A stretch of DNA of 64,000 nucleotides from Amoebophrya sp. A120 (lineage: Eukaryota > Protista > Dinoflagellata), in NCBI GenBank assembly GCA_905178155.1, contig CAJINV010000010.1, positions 3,430,587 to 3,494,586 of the forward strand, given 5' to 3'. The stretch's first letter is position 1; each line of letters opens with the position of its first letter. Below, in pieces: positions 46,027 through 59,851 of the stretch. The translations under genes and the position numbers were made by a program. Below the pieces are notes generated by a model. The model did not search any database. It worked only from the letters and a program-made list of their open reading frames with translations, and had not been told where the DNA came from.

Positions 46027-47360
46027 CGTCGACCGATACCTTTAGAACGGCGCAGGAGCTTCGCGGTCATTAAAAACAGCCCAGGCGGAGGTCGACGTCG
46101 TGCTGGTGGTGGTGGTGTACTTACACACTCTGTCTAGATCGAAAAATGTTACCTCCACGAGTTGTAGTACTAGCACAAGCGGACCGCATTTTTGTAGAAC
46201 TTGATGTGGTTGTATGAAAATCTTGTACTACTTCTTACCGCAAACTACACTTCTCGAAATAATGAAGACGGCTACTGTACAAGAGAGGTGGACAACATGA
46301 CGAAACCATCATAAGACCTCATCCAAAAACGATCGGACTAAAAAGGAGTTTTGTTTGATGAGCATACTAGTACTCAAGAACTACACGTATACACTCTTGT
46401 CAACCTACTGAAACACACGAACCTCGCAGCTTGATACAAATTCAGAACATGGCGTGAATGTGAAATAGATCTGGCATCACTGAGGAATGGAACCGCATTG
46501 GACGATCAACATCACATCTAAATCGCTGCACCTTACTATAGCTTCTGCAGCAAGAAAGAATTTTTCATGTTTCCAGTAAAGATGGCGGAGCCCATAGCAT
46601 CACTGACAGCTACCTGGTAAAGTTCGTCGTAGCAATAGGAACACAGGACCTCACTCATCTTCAAAGGAAGAAATCCGTCACAGACATAGCCTGCCGGTCC
46701 ATTTCGGAAAATCCTCGGCAGAAACGGCAAAGCCGTTTTCTATTCCAATTTCGTTTTGTTTTTCGTACAGAATCATACAGTCAGCCATTTATAATTGTGG
46801 TGCATTTTCAAAAAAAATTCTAATTGTTGCGGAAAAAAATTCCAAATCACAAGACTGGTAGTATCTATCTCTCTTCAATACTACGCATTTCTAATCGGTG
46901 CTTGTCTTTACTCCTTCGGTAAAAAAGACGGGCATTGTCTTCGTGACACGCTGCGTCCTTCACAGCGCCACTTTCTTCCCGCTCCTGTTCGGTCGCACTC
47001 TTCGCCGTTACTTGATTTTCCAGACAATCAGAATCCCTCTTCCCCGCATTGTTCCTTTCGTGGTTCCATCATGTTAGTTCTAGTTGAGTGATGTTCTAAT
47101 TTCTGTTTCTCATCTATAAAAAGTCACAACATCAATCTTCTACCCGTTCTTTAATTTGCTTGCTCCATAAGTGATGCTGTGCCATCTATGTCTATGCTTC
47201 GCACACGATAAAGCAGATTGTTGCAGGTAGTGTTTCTTTAATTTTGAAGCAAGATTCTTTTCCAAGACATGAATTTTCCTAATAAAATCAGGAGATCCGT
47301 CCTTCTGCACGGGCAGCAACTCCCAACCTTGTTTTTCCGCACGGCGACAAGCTCTGTCTA

Positions 47361-49649
47361 CTAATATCGCTTGTGCGGCTTCCCCCGGTGCTGCAGTCGG
47401 AGGATAGATGAAGCCGACGGAAACTGCCTCCTCGTTGCCGCAGGACTAGGGGTAGTTGTGGCAAGATTCCCCCAATTCCTCTCCTCGTCCTCGTCCTGGG
47501 AGTAGAATTTCACTTCCTCTTTAGGTTGTGCCTCCACCACCGCAGGAGCTGTTCTCGCAGGTTTTTTCTTCTCTACGTGCGGCGTAATTTTCGGAACGAG
47601 TTGCAACTGCTCGTGCAACTCCAATTCCAGAGAACGCAGAGGGCTATTTCTTCTGTCCTGCGCGGAGACATGCGAAGCGTTCAGGTCCTGCTGGAACAGA
47701 AACAAAGCGTGTTTCAACAGATCCAAAAACTGCTGTTTCATCGCATCCATAGTTTTATTTCCGGTCTTCGTCACTAGCTCCTGGTCTACCCAGATTATGG
47801 ATTGCAAATATGTCTGGGTCTGGAAGAGTGGAACTTGTCATGCTGAGTCTGGATTATGCAAAAATCTGTGTTGCATGATTACCAAAAGTTGCCCCATTTT
47901 GACCGAGTTGAGTGGGAGTTTCTCATGCAGTATGGGCATGATAGAGACCTCAAAGAATCTGTCATGCTATGTCCTACATACCAGACCTAATGGGTCACGG
48001 AAAAGCTGCATGACAAGTCTGGCATTCTTCCAGACCCAGACATTTTTGCATTTGATACAGATCTCGGCGAAGCCAAACCAACGCGGGAAGAACTCTGTCT
48101 CGATTTTTACTTTGAAGCTTGTCATCATCCACCAGGGCATCAAGTTCTGGCGTGAGGACCAATTTCTTCCTTGTGGTTTTCCGTCATACACTTCTTGCAA
48201 TAAGTACTTGTTGTACAGGTCCGTCATATACCGGTCCGTCAAAACCCTGTGCAACGCCTTTCCGATCCGTTTCGCGAGCTCCGCTTCCAGCCCAGGATCC
48301 ACGCGCTTCTCCTTCTGCGCCGGAAGAGCAGCTCCCGAGCTGTTTTGATTTTTCCCCTTGCCCCTGTTTCTTTCTTTCTCCACTTTCGACAAACTATTTT
48401 TCAGACTCGTTTGGATCGAGGTCCCAATGGTCACAGCCGCGTCCTTTAGCCCGGTGAGGTGAAATTTGTATTTCGACCGCTCTTGTTCACTTTCGCGAGA
48501 GTTTTCTTCTATGTCACCAAGAAAAACGAAATTAGTATCCTCTGGTCGTGTCAGAGCTTCCCTTTTTCCGCTAGTAGGTGAAACAATGGATATCCTGAAA
48601 TCCTGGGCGTCGAGCCAGTCTTCGTACTTCTGCTTGTTTGCGGTATAATTTTCAGCCTCTTCTGTCTCTTTCACCAACTGCGCGACGTTGTTTACAAAGG
48701 ACTCCCGCTTTGCTTCGTCGAATTGAAACGTCGAATTATCACGACCCCTGAGTAGAGGTGCAGCCCCTTCTCCTCGCTGACTGCCACGGCTACTTCCACC
48801 CCCGCTCCTCGAAGAAGCCTTGGATCGTGCCGACGAGGAAGAAGCGGCTTCAACACCGTTGCCCGCCATAATTATCGGAGTTGGAGTTCCACTTTCCACG
48901 GCGCCATAAAAATCCTGCTGAGAATCGGGAGACGAGCGCGAGGGCATAGCGGAAACATCACCGGTGGCTGTCGTCGCGCCGTCGAAGCTCGGCCGTTGTT
49001 CAACAACACCAGTGGAATCATCAGCAGAAGTCGGATTATCGTTTAAGAGCGTGAGGAGCTCAAGCTTCATCTTCCGTTGTGTCTTTGGCGCGATGGGCAG
49101 CTGCTGCTGCAAATGGAACCGATCAACTACCTCGACCTCCGATGCTGTTGCAGGAGCTGCGGATGAAGCAGAAGCTTCGTCGCAAGCTGCTTCAGATCCT
49201 ACATTTAGTCGCAACCTGCTGCCTGTAGTACAGAGGGGTCGTGAAAGAACCACCTGCACCGGGTCCGTGGCACTCAAGCCAGCAACCGCGTTGTAGGGAA
49301 CAGTCGTGCTAGCCCCCGCGGGACGATCAGCGGCTGATGTAGTTGCGTACGAGGTGGACGCCGGAAGATGAACGTATTGTGGTGAAGCAGGAGTGTTGCG
49401 GAAATCGCCAGAGGAGTCCTGGTTTTCCGCGACCAACTGGCGCTTGCGAACGGAGTTCCTGCCAGCCCGGAAACCCGCGGCATAGACTGCCTTCCAGTGT
49501 GCGCCGGCTTTGGATGTTGAAGGCGAAGAACCTGGTGTACCAGCCGACAAGGCATACGTCGGCGTCAGCGAGTGCGGTGTCGCCGCGAGGAGTAGAGAAA
49601 CGAGCTGTACCAAAGCGGTACTTGTTCTCTTCGAGCTGAGATCGAACAT
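47361..49649 (-). CDS. Hypothetical protein with a signal-peptide-like N-terminus
   Basis: ORFs 47967-49649 and 47361-47807 join (FAEI|WVDQEL) after removing element 47796-48057 plus 5 nt. Confidence 0.78.
47796..48057. mobile_element. Introner family A
   Basis: TIR; direct repeat CAGAT. Confidence 0.93.
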
Positions 49650-51286
49650 GATGATTGGAGGTTGTGTTTGTCTTTCGATACTTATGTCTCTACAGAAGTT
49701 TAATTAAATACTGTTCTTGATGCGCCTGAAGTCGTTTACACAGATTTTATTTCAATTATAATATACGTTCTTATTTTCTCTACAGAAACATCTATGCGTC
49801 AGCAAAATCTTTGGACAAGTTGTTTGAAGAGGTTGCGAGGTGCCATGTATTCGTAAAGGTAAAAAAAGCTAAAAGTGAAAGTAAAACCTGCTCAGTGTGG
49901 AGTCAAGAAATTTTCATTTTAATTTTGTCCAAAAGGTACGGCAACTATCTTGAGGACCAATGGGTACGAGCGCCGCCACTTTTGATGTGCCACCGGCTTG
50001 GATCTTCTGGTGCTTGGATCGATCAATGTATCGTGAGGTGGACGTGAGAGATGTTGCTCTCGTGTTGTAGCTCCTCGCCGTCGTTCTTGATCAGATCTTC
50101 TAATACATAGCCTCCATGCATTTCTATTTTCGTATTCGGATCGCTGGTGTGGTTTGAGTTGTTCACGATCTCTGTGGTCCACACGACTTTTGCGGCGCTG
50201 CCCCTTACTTTATCGTCTTCATTTTGATACTAAATGATAATGAGAACTACCGGTTACGGTTAATAAACATAAAGCACTATGTTCAAAGCGCAGTTCACTT
50301 TTGCTCTCTACTCCTACCAACAAATACCAAACGAACAGGGCGGCGTCGATGGCTACGCACAATGCAGGCACCAATCCGCTGTGCCTGGCGAAGAAGTTCT
50401 TTCCTTTCCTTCCAAGGCATTTGTTCTCACGAGGATGTCGGCGGCCGGGCCGGGCCTGGCGCCGGATGGATCGTAGACGCAGCAAGGCAGTGCGGCTTCG
50501 CGGCGCAGAGAGAAGTCGGAGTAAACTTACATGCTCACTGGTGGCCCGGCACGAGGTCCGTGGTATCCTTACACAGCAGGGCGCAACAAGTCCGCAGGGA
50601 CACGCGCGCGCGGCTGGTACTTAGTTAGTTTGTATTCCCACAGTGCAGGGGAGTGAAAGGGGCCCGCAGTATCGTCAACGCGGACGCCACCGCCATCAGC
50701 TCGTGCCGAAACACGTCGCCAGTTGCTGCAGGAGCAGTGGATTTCTCGTTCAACCGGTCACGGTTCCCTCCGCCTCCTCCTTTGATTGTCGACCACCTGG
50801 CTGGCTGCTTCATGTTCGCCCGCAAGTCCTGCCATTTTCGCTCTGTCCCAGCGGGAAACAGATTTCCGGCCGCATTCTTCCCCGGCCCCTGCGGCGGCGG
50901 CAGCAAGTTCTGACTGTTGCCGAAGACCGCCGGTCAGCAAAAAACTGCAAGCCCTTGCGCTCGCGCGGGCGCGAAGCCACAGCGCCGCCCCTGGATCCGG
51001 CCCGACAACAGCGCCGCGGCCGACTAAGACGCACCAACTGGCGCCGCGGGCGAGACCATGCGAAGCGCCAGCGTGCCGCGAAGACATCTATTTGCGGTGC
51101 GCTTTTAGATCGCTCTTGCGAGGCGCATGCTACGCTGAAGTTGCAGTTGGTATTTATTATCATCCAGTGCGGGTCTACTTCCGGGACATGTGTAAATTCA
51201 GATTCACACTCCTAGTCGGGCTCAGGCGCTCGCTCATTGCGTGAAAAAGTCATGACTTGCTCTTGCCACCCTCAGGCTCGTTAAAC

Positions 51287-51325
51287 AATGTGCTCCTCAC
51301 CCTCTGAGAGGGTGAGGAGCACATT
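51287..51325. repeat. Perfect palindrome with 19-bp arms
   Basis: AATGTGCTCCTCACCCTCT G AGAGGGTGAGGAGCACATT. Confidence 0.92.
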
Positions 51326-52264
51326 CTGCCTCAGTTACCTACCTCCATTCTGCCGCAGTTAGAATACGGCTTTCAGCTCTGGGTAGCACACGCCAGGACC
51401 CCGCCTGAATTTCTGAGTTGCAGAAACACTTGTCACAAGAGCAACCACGGCATAGAACAGGCACATAGAATAGGCACGACATGCGTACTTACGTCGGCGA
51501 CGGCCAGAACCAAACCCGTACTACAGACCTGGCAGAGCAGAATCGGTGCCCCCTCACCGCATGAAATAAATTAGCCGACAACGAAATGTCGACAATATCT
51601 GTTTTGTTGTTCTTGTTGCGTCTACAATTTTCCTCCTGTTCATGTTCCGTTGAGGTTACTGAAGCACATGAAAACGACCTATGGGACGCAAAAGTCCTAG
51701 TGCTTCTGGGGAAGCAGCTTGTTTGTCCCGTTTAGTAGACCGAGATATTTTTCTAGTACAAGTGATGGAATAGGAATCATGTTGGGTACTACTACAAATT
51801 TGTAAGCACAACTACGACAAACCATGTATGACGTCTCTAGATCTTCGTTGGGGGGACAACTTCATCTACTACCACTGGAAGGATTGGATTCGGCATCGGT
51901 GGATTCTTTCTCTTTCCTCTCGGTGGCTAAAAAAATCACTATCACTTCGAGATTCCATTTCGAATAATCAAATGCCTTCGCATTTTTATATATTTTTGGC
52001 TAGCAAGTCCGGAGATAAAAACATGAAAACGAGTATAGGGGGCACTTGATGGTTTGCAGGTTATGCAAACGATTGTCCTACACCTGAATGTGTCTACGTA
52101 TTAATGTCGGCATGTAAAAATGCCAGTTCCTCTAATAATTGTCGTTGTCCCGTCTAGAGATACTACTAACTTCGAGGACGGAAAAACTCTTCGTAAGTGC
52201 AGCTGCTGGTACTATACAATCTTTGTTATTGTGTCTATCGTTCCCTCGTTCTGCAGCAATTATA

Positions 52265-55200
52265 CTACACGTCTCCCAGAGACGTGACCGGCGCCTTTCG
52301 CTTTCCAGCAGCTTGCGATGCCGTGAGGATGCTCTTGTGCTCTTTTCTTCCTGCAAATAAGCTATCCTGTGCTTCATTATCATTTCCCCGTGAGCAGCAG
52401 CTGCTGCCGGTAGAAGTATGACGACCACCCGCCTCCAGCTGAGCGGCTGCCAGTCGCTCCGCTGGACCAAATTTTGTGACCACTTCCTCATCAGAGCCCC
52501 ACGAAAAGTGGTCGCCGCGGTAGAAATTTCCGACGAAATCTTGAGTCCCCAACTCACCCTCGAGTTGTCGTAGCGTAAACAGCACTGCGTTTTGCCTTCG
52601 GTCTACCAGAGCTAGGTCCTTGGCAGACAGCTCGTCCAGCTGTGCGGGTCCATTGCCATCAATTGCGGATGAACAAGAAGAATTTCTATCTTGTTGTCCT
52701 GGGCATGATACAAGAATTCTGCGCTGTTCATTACCATCTTGATCTGGTGCAAGATCAACATCATCTTCGAGAAAGCGCCGCCAACACAGCCCTCTGTTGG
52801 CGATTTCTGCCAGCTTTTCAGCAGCCCGGCGTGCGGATTCCACGGAGGGGATTTTCTTTCGGTGCCGCCAACTGGCATCCTCGGGTCCCGAGCGCAGAAA
52901 ATCCACCACTTTCGACGACAGACACGAATACAGCGCTCGGATCGAAAAGTATCCTGAGTAAAAATGTCCCCACACCATAGTCAAGATGGGGAATCGGCTA
53001 GACAAATCCACAAGTTTTGGCTGTTTTGCATCACAAATTTGGACTCGTAGTGTAGTGCTGTTTGAGCTACCTCAGCAGCATCACAGACCTAGCACACCAT
53101 GCTGATTGGAGCATGACAAATTGAAAAACACGACTAGAAACTGCTTCTCATGGGGCTCCGCATGAGAAACATTTTCAGCATGTAGATTTGCATTACAACT
53201 ATGGGGTGGGGACGTTTTTAAATAGGATAAAAAGTCTTGCATCGTCACCTTCGCCACCCTTGCGTTTCTGTTCCCCTCCTCAACAATGGCGGCCCGGGCT
53301 CTTATTTGTTCGTCCTGCGATGAAAGTAATTGGCTTGTTACCGTTGGGACAACTCCTACACTGCGATCGCTTGTGCTCTGTGCATTTCTTGCAACACCTC
53401 CAACATCTTCCCCCGACCTCCCAGGCCCCGACGCTACTGGAGATCTTGACCGGTGAGCGGCTTCTTGTTGTCCCCGCGGCTCGTTTGGTATACTAGTACC
53501 AGCGGTAGATGATGTTCTTGTTCTTCCCTGTGTATCGACCGGTTCTGGTCCGTCATCAGAGGACGTCGAGGGAGCCAGTTGTGGCTCGACGCTACCCCAC
53601 CTTCCCGTGGCTGCAGAAGGAGAAGTTGAAGTAGGAGGCGTTGTACTAGAACCACGTGATGGCGGTGTACAACTCGACCCTGCTACGGTGTACAACAACT
53701 GCTCGGGATCAAGATTAACACCTTCCCCACCATCAATACTTCCGTCTGTTCGACTGGCAGGCGGTTGATTGTTTCTCACACTTCCTCCTACAGTGTCACT
53801 TCTGGTGGTGCTGCCACTTATACCATGGTCTTCATCGCTTCCCGAACCTGCAACAGTCGCAGTAGTAGACCCACCTTCACGATGATCACTTCCGTCTGTA
53901 GCAGAAGTTGCGGAGGCAATAAAGCCTGGACTTCTACTTCTGTCGTCGCTTTTTGGTTGAGGTGGTGGTGGAGGTGGAGATGGTGGATCTGCAGCTCCGG
54001 CAGCACCCCCCGCTGATAAATGACCTTGACCTCCGCCTCCAGCAGCAGTTGATCTACCTTGACCTCCCCCCATAATTCCCGTACTATTGCGCGCCGGCGG
54101 CCAAAAAATGGTGCGAGCAGGAGAAGGGACAACTCCCCTGGAGGGACTTGTTAAGCTGGTCGTCGGTGCCGCATCTTCCTTCGGCTTCGTCGCTGATGTC
54201 CTAATACCGCCATCCTCGTCGTGCTCGCCCACTTGATCATGTTCGTCCCTATTTTGAGAATGTGTCTCCGCAACAAACACGCCACAGCAAACCGCGACGG
54301 TAACTGGCAGGGAAAGGAGGACGCAGGCGAGCAGGATTTTCCCGAGCAGGGTCGCGGGCGACAGGAAAGACATGAAAGTGCTTGTTGAACAGCAACCTTT
54401 ATCTGTGTCCTCGTCTCCTGCTTCTAAAGAAAGATCCGAACCACAATCTACTACTTCCTCCCAATTATTATGCTCGCGCCGTGGGAGTTGTTCGGGCAAA
54501 AAATCTACTGTGGTTCTGGTTTCGTCCTGCAGTTCTTGCGTCGGCAAGAAGGAGTGGTCTTCATAGGACTTCTGCGCGGGCGCCGCGAGCCGCACGCCAA
54601 AACCTTCTTCAAAAAAGTAGGCGGACGGAGTCTCTTCGTCTTCCGCAGTTTTATCGGTGAAGGTCAGAGTTTTTGTATCTTCGGTAATTACAAGAGCACT
54701 TTTTCGTCCACGACGGCCTTCGCGGTTCGCGTAAATTTCTTGCAGGTTTAATATCCTTCCCCCGTACAGGTCGAGATTTTGATTTTGGTCTTCTGGGTTT
54801 GTTTTCTTCTCAACAAAGTAGTTCGCATTTTCGTCTCGCAGGCCTTGATCAGAAGCATGATGAAGATCGACGTCCTCTTGTTTATTATTTCCCGCAGCAA
54901 TAAAGTCAAGCGGCGCAAAACCTTGTCGTTGTGCTCCTTCAGCTACTCCGAAGTAGTTGTACAACAAATCTTCCTCCTGAAAGTTGTACCCGACTTGTTT
55001 TATTTCACCACCGCTTCTTTCTTGTGCTCCACCCGGACGCGAGACGAGAGCTACCGGAATGTGTTTTTTGTGCAGGACCGTCGCAGTGCTGCCCGGGATG
55101 GGCCGAATAGGGGCTTGCTGGAAGTCGAAACAAAGTTCTGGATCGTGGTGATGAAAGTTGTTCTGCTCCGCAGAAGATGAGTCAACATTTCTCCCGGTCG

Positions 55201-57934
55201 CACAAGAACGATCTCGTCCCTGCGAGTTTATTGCAGATGCAAACGTAGTACTAGTACGGCTGGCTCCCGCTGCAAACGTAGCACAAGAACTGCCACTCGA
55301 CGTCGTCGCTCCACCGCTACAACTGCCCTCAGCCCCGCCGCATACCAACGCTTCCAGCCCGCACAGCTCCGCTTCAAACTCCGCCGCGGTTATGCGCTTT
55401 TCGATGTCGCGCTCCAAGCATTTCTGCAACAGAAACATCAAATGCTCCATCTTTCGTGCCTCCAGATCATCATGTTGAGAAGTCTTGTTGTAGCTCTCAT
55501 CGTTGCTCATCGTGAAGATCGTCCCGGCAGCTTTGCAATTATACTCCTCTTTTCTCGGCCAGCCCAAGCTTACCCTTTCCGGATACTGTATCTTCATCCA
55601 CGCGTCGACGATGCAGAACATGACCCGATTCGTTCCCCCCGGCTGACTCAGCAAGTAGTCGTGCGGCGGCTTTCCGTAGATCATCGCGTACAGGATGATC
55701 CCCAGCGACCACACGTCCGTGCCCGGCCGCATCTTCATCGTGTTTTCGTACTGCTCCCCCTGGTGCAGCGCCTCCGGCGCCATGTAGAGCACAGTCCCGC
55801 AGTGGCCAAACCGACTGATGTGCGATTTATCACAATCGACCACCCGCGCCAGCCCAAAGTCGGACAGCTTCACGGTTGTTCGGTTGTCAAACATCAGAAA
55901 GTTCGCGGGCTTCAAGTCGAAGTGGACAATGTTCCGGCTGTGGATGAAACTCACCGCCTTCGCCATCTGGGTGATGCAGTGCAAGATTTGCGGCAGCGGC
56001 ATAAAGTAGAAAATCTCGGCCGCGAGGTCTCGGTTGGAGTCGCTCACATTACTCGTCAATTTCCTCATATTATGATCTTGCCCTTGCGGTCTTTTGCTTC
56101 CACATAGTAAATCAGTTCCTTGTCCTAGTCCTTCCCCAGCTTGCTTCCACAAAAAGGATTTCTGGTAGGTCCGGAAGTCGCAATCCGCGCACTCCAATAC
56201 GATGAAAAGATTCAAGTTCTCCTCGAACCGCTTCGACCCGTAGCATTTCACGATGTGCTTTTCCCCGATCCTGTCGTCTTTCGTCAACTGCTCCAGCAGC
56301 ACCGCCTCTTTATCAAATGCAAAAATGTCTGGGTCTGGAAGAATGTGCGATTTGTCATGCAGCTTTTCCATTACCCATGAGGTCTGGAATGGAGGACCTA
56401 GCATGACAGATTCTGTGCGATCTCTCTCATGCCTATCCTGCATGAGAAACTCCCTCCCGACTAGGTCAAAACTGGACGACTTTTGGTAATCATGCAACGC
56501 AGATTTTTGCATGCTTCAGATTTAGCATGACAAGTTGCACTCTTCCAGACCCAGACATTTTTACACTTGATACTCCTGCTGAAACTGCAACAATTTCTGC
56601 CGGCTGTCGGCCGAAACAATCTTCAACGCGTAAAACTTCTTTTTTGATTCGGCCTTGTACACCTCCGCGAAGCCCCCGCGACCCAGCAATTCGCCGATGG
56701 AAAACTCCGTGTTATTGAACGTGAAAACGGAAGTTGCAGCTCCCCGGGAGCTTTGCGCCGCCGGCGGATTCAAGTTCAACACAGACAGGTCGTTTACTAG
56801 CTTTATTTCGGCAGGATGTGGATGTGGATACGTCGTGATATTTTGATTCCCGCGCCCACAATTTCTGGTCATTTTTCCCTGCTCCCGATAGCACGCTTCG
56901 AGTTGTGGTGGTCCTGGTGGTCTTGTATGTTCTTGACCGCGTTGGTCATCTTCGTCCTGTGGACGTGGATCTCCTACTAGCACCGTGGATTTCATATTTT
57001 CACCACAACTGCGCCCATTATCGTCGTGAATATTAACCGGGTTGTTGTAGATGGTCGGATGATGAACATCAATCCGAGGCCGCTTCTTGTCTGCTCCTCC
57101 TCCACCAGCTCTTGGTGCACAAATATCGACAATATCTTCCTCCGGAGGTTTGGCAGCTGCAGGTAACGAAAAATCTACTTGCCGACCCTGCAGTTTTTCT
57201 CTCAATGAGGTCTCTTCACTTCGCCCATTCGCAACCGCGCTTTCCACCAAGTGGTCCACTCTCGTCGGCGGAGGGACCGACGGGAGAGACAATGCGACCT
57301 CGAGCCGGGTCAGACCAGCAGGAATAACCCGAGCCCGCCCCGGGAGCTGATGCGCCGGCTCTTGGGGAAGACAAAAACCACCACCGCCTTGCGCCGCTGG
57401 TCGCACTGGACTAGTGGTAGAGCTACAAGAACTTCTACAATGGGAGGGAACATCAACTTCCGCCAATTGGTCTCTCTTCTCGTCGTGCTGGGGGCTTCGG
57501 ATTTCATCGCGGAGGTCTTTACTTTCAATGTTTTCACGATCACGACCCAGGGGCGGGGCCGGGGGAACTACAGGCATATAATCTGGCTCCACCCAACGGA
57601 CACGGTGCGTCGATACTCCTTGCAGTTCATCTCTAAAAATTATAGGGTGATTTGTCTCCACTTGAATCTTCTCTCCTCGCGCAGGGGCCGGCACATTACT
57701 TTCCTCCTCTTCGCGGCCTGCTTTATTTCGGTTCACCTTATCCCATCTCGGCGATGAACCGAGGTGGTCTACTACTTCGCCGGACGAGGAGGTCCTCGTA
57801 CCCGTTGTGCAGCAAGAATCGTTGGCCGCGGCTAAGCGTGCTGGTGCAGCAAGACATTTTCTTTCTCCGGAAGAATCATTCCAGTCGTGCTGTCTCGACT
57901 TGGAGGTAGAGGTCCACGCCGTTTTTCTCAGCAT
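52265..57934 (-). CDS. Protein kinase, Mps1/TTK-like catalytic domain, with a downstream hydrophobic segment
   Basis: GRGGFAEVYK, YALKIV, HFDLKPANFL, SDFGLAR, GTVLYMAPE, DVWSLGIILYAMIYGKPP; joins QQE|AVLL and MQDF|SIRAL across two introners. Confidence 0.88.
52950..53229. mobile_element. Introner family K
   Basis: TIR; direct repeat AAAAG. Confidence 0.92.
56311..56572. mobile_element. Introner family A
   Basis: Flanks CTCTT/CTCCT; splits the kinase alphaC region. Confidence 0.92.
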
Positions 57935-59851
57935 TATCGTCCCAGTTCTACTTCCGGCGCCAATTTTGGCGTTGATACGAAAACTGCATAAGTATAGCAG
58001 GATAAGAACAATTTACAATTATATTTTGGATGTCTATGGATCAGAAAACAAGTACTTTTATTTTCTTCATCTTTCGATCTGGGAATAAAGCCGGGCAGTG
58101 TTGAGCAACCATTTCTAGTAATTTTTTCACATTTGATAGTTTTCAAACTACAACAATTTCTACTTCCGGCAAGGGGGGAGAACTACATGAAATTCTCTCG
58201 CATTGGATGACGGGGAACTTATACTTGGTTGTCTTCAAGTTCAATATTATTATTAATAGATACAAACGTAATATAAAAGTAGAAATAAAAACGTATCGAA
58301 AACTTCATCACGACCTAGAAGAAGAAGCTATAAAAATGCTGCTATTTTTTTAAACTGCCCTTCAGACGCAACACCGATAGAACAAGTATGAGGGCATTAA
58401 AACCAAGTATGCTCCACCTTCCTGTTGTTTGTTCCTGGTGCTGTGGGTAATTGCATTTGCAAGAGTGCTGATGTCGAAGAACAGAATTACACAATTACAA
58501 TTACAATTTATTCGCGAGAGGATCTCGCGAGAATCCGACTAATATCACTCCTTCATGATTTTTCAAGGATCTTTATCTATCATCAGAAGATCTTTCAGCA
58601 TTTTTCTCGTGCGGGATCTTCGCCATTTCTGCTGTAGTTTCAAGACCGATTTAGTATTTCATCATTGCCACACATATAATTCTGCAAGAACATTTTGGAA
58701 TCACAAAACAGCGAAAAGGATAAGACCTGAACATTTCAACTACTTCCCTTGCAGACCAGAACGATAGAAACCCATTTCAGTTGGAAGCACCTACCGACGC
58801 CGGACATTTAAATTCAGCCCTTCTGCTCACACAAACGCACACATTGATCCATTTCGATCCAACAATCATTTCAAAGCGTGATCATGGATCTTTTACTTGT
58901 TGACCGATGTACTTTCTTCTCGATTTTTTCGATCATATCAAAATTACATCAAAAAGGCATTTATTTTTCGTGCGGGATCATCACATGGGAGATCTACTTC
59001 CGCCACGCTTCCAAATGTTGCTTTCGCAGGAGGTAAGACCGAGAAAATAGGAGGGCTGGTCGTGCGAGTTTGCATCACAAACAACAACAAGTGAAGCATT
59101 AGTGCAGACCATGCATCACAGATCAATCCAACACGGAGTTAAGTAGACGTGCTAGCCGAGCGGCGTTCAGAACCTGCATGTGTCTTGCAATCTTCCTGTC
59201 AGTGTGAGTGACAATATACTTGCGCGTACAGTGACACTTGTGCACTACAATTGCTAATTTACAAAAAACACAAATGGGCATACTGGCGTTCTACCATCAT
59301 AGGGCTTCCAACAAGATCATAACGGTCATGGAACATTCATCTATGCAAACGCAAGCAAAAGCTGTTTTCTGTGAATGACAAATACTGGAAATCAACTCAC
59401 ACGGAGAGAGTGGAAATGAATAAAAACGATTCTATGTTCTTTTTTGTAATGTAAACTGAAACTGATAGATGAGACCGCCCCTGCATCAAGAACGTGATCT
59501 CATGATGTGCTACAGGAAATAAACGAAAGAGAAAATGTGGATGTGCTCATTTTTGAAATAAATCATGATCATTGCAGAAGAAAAACGATCAGCTTGTAGT
59601 TCTATGCACTTCTACATAAAATCTACAGCATTTCCTCCCTGGACATATCAACCGACGACGCAAACCCGATACTGCGCCTCTGGTTCATCCGTGCGGAATC
59701 TGCCGTGTATTCATCCGGCGTATCCGATAGCTCCGCGACCATTTGCTGGCTCATGGTCAAATTCACCGCAAACGATCATATCCTGTGCAAAAACACGGGC
59801 CCCACGAACCCGCCGCATTGGTCGTCGTGCAGGTACTAGTCTGCACTTCGA

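Noticed and set aside
50219-51244. Overlapping ORFs on both strands
   Set aside because: Explained by high GC content; no domain recognised
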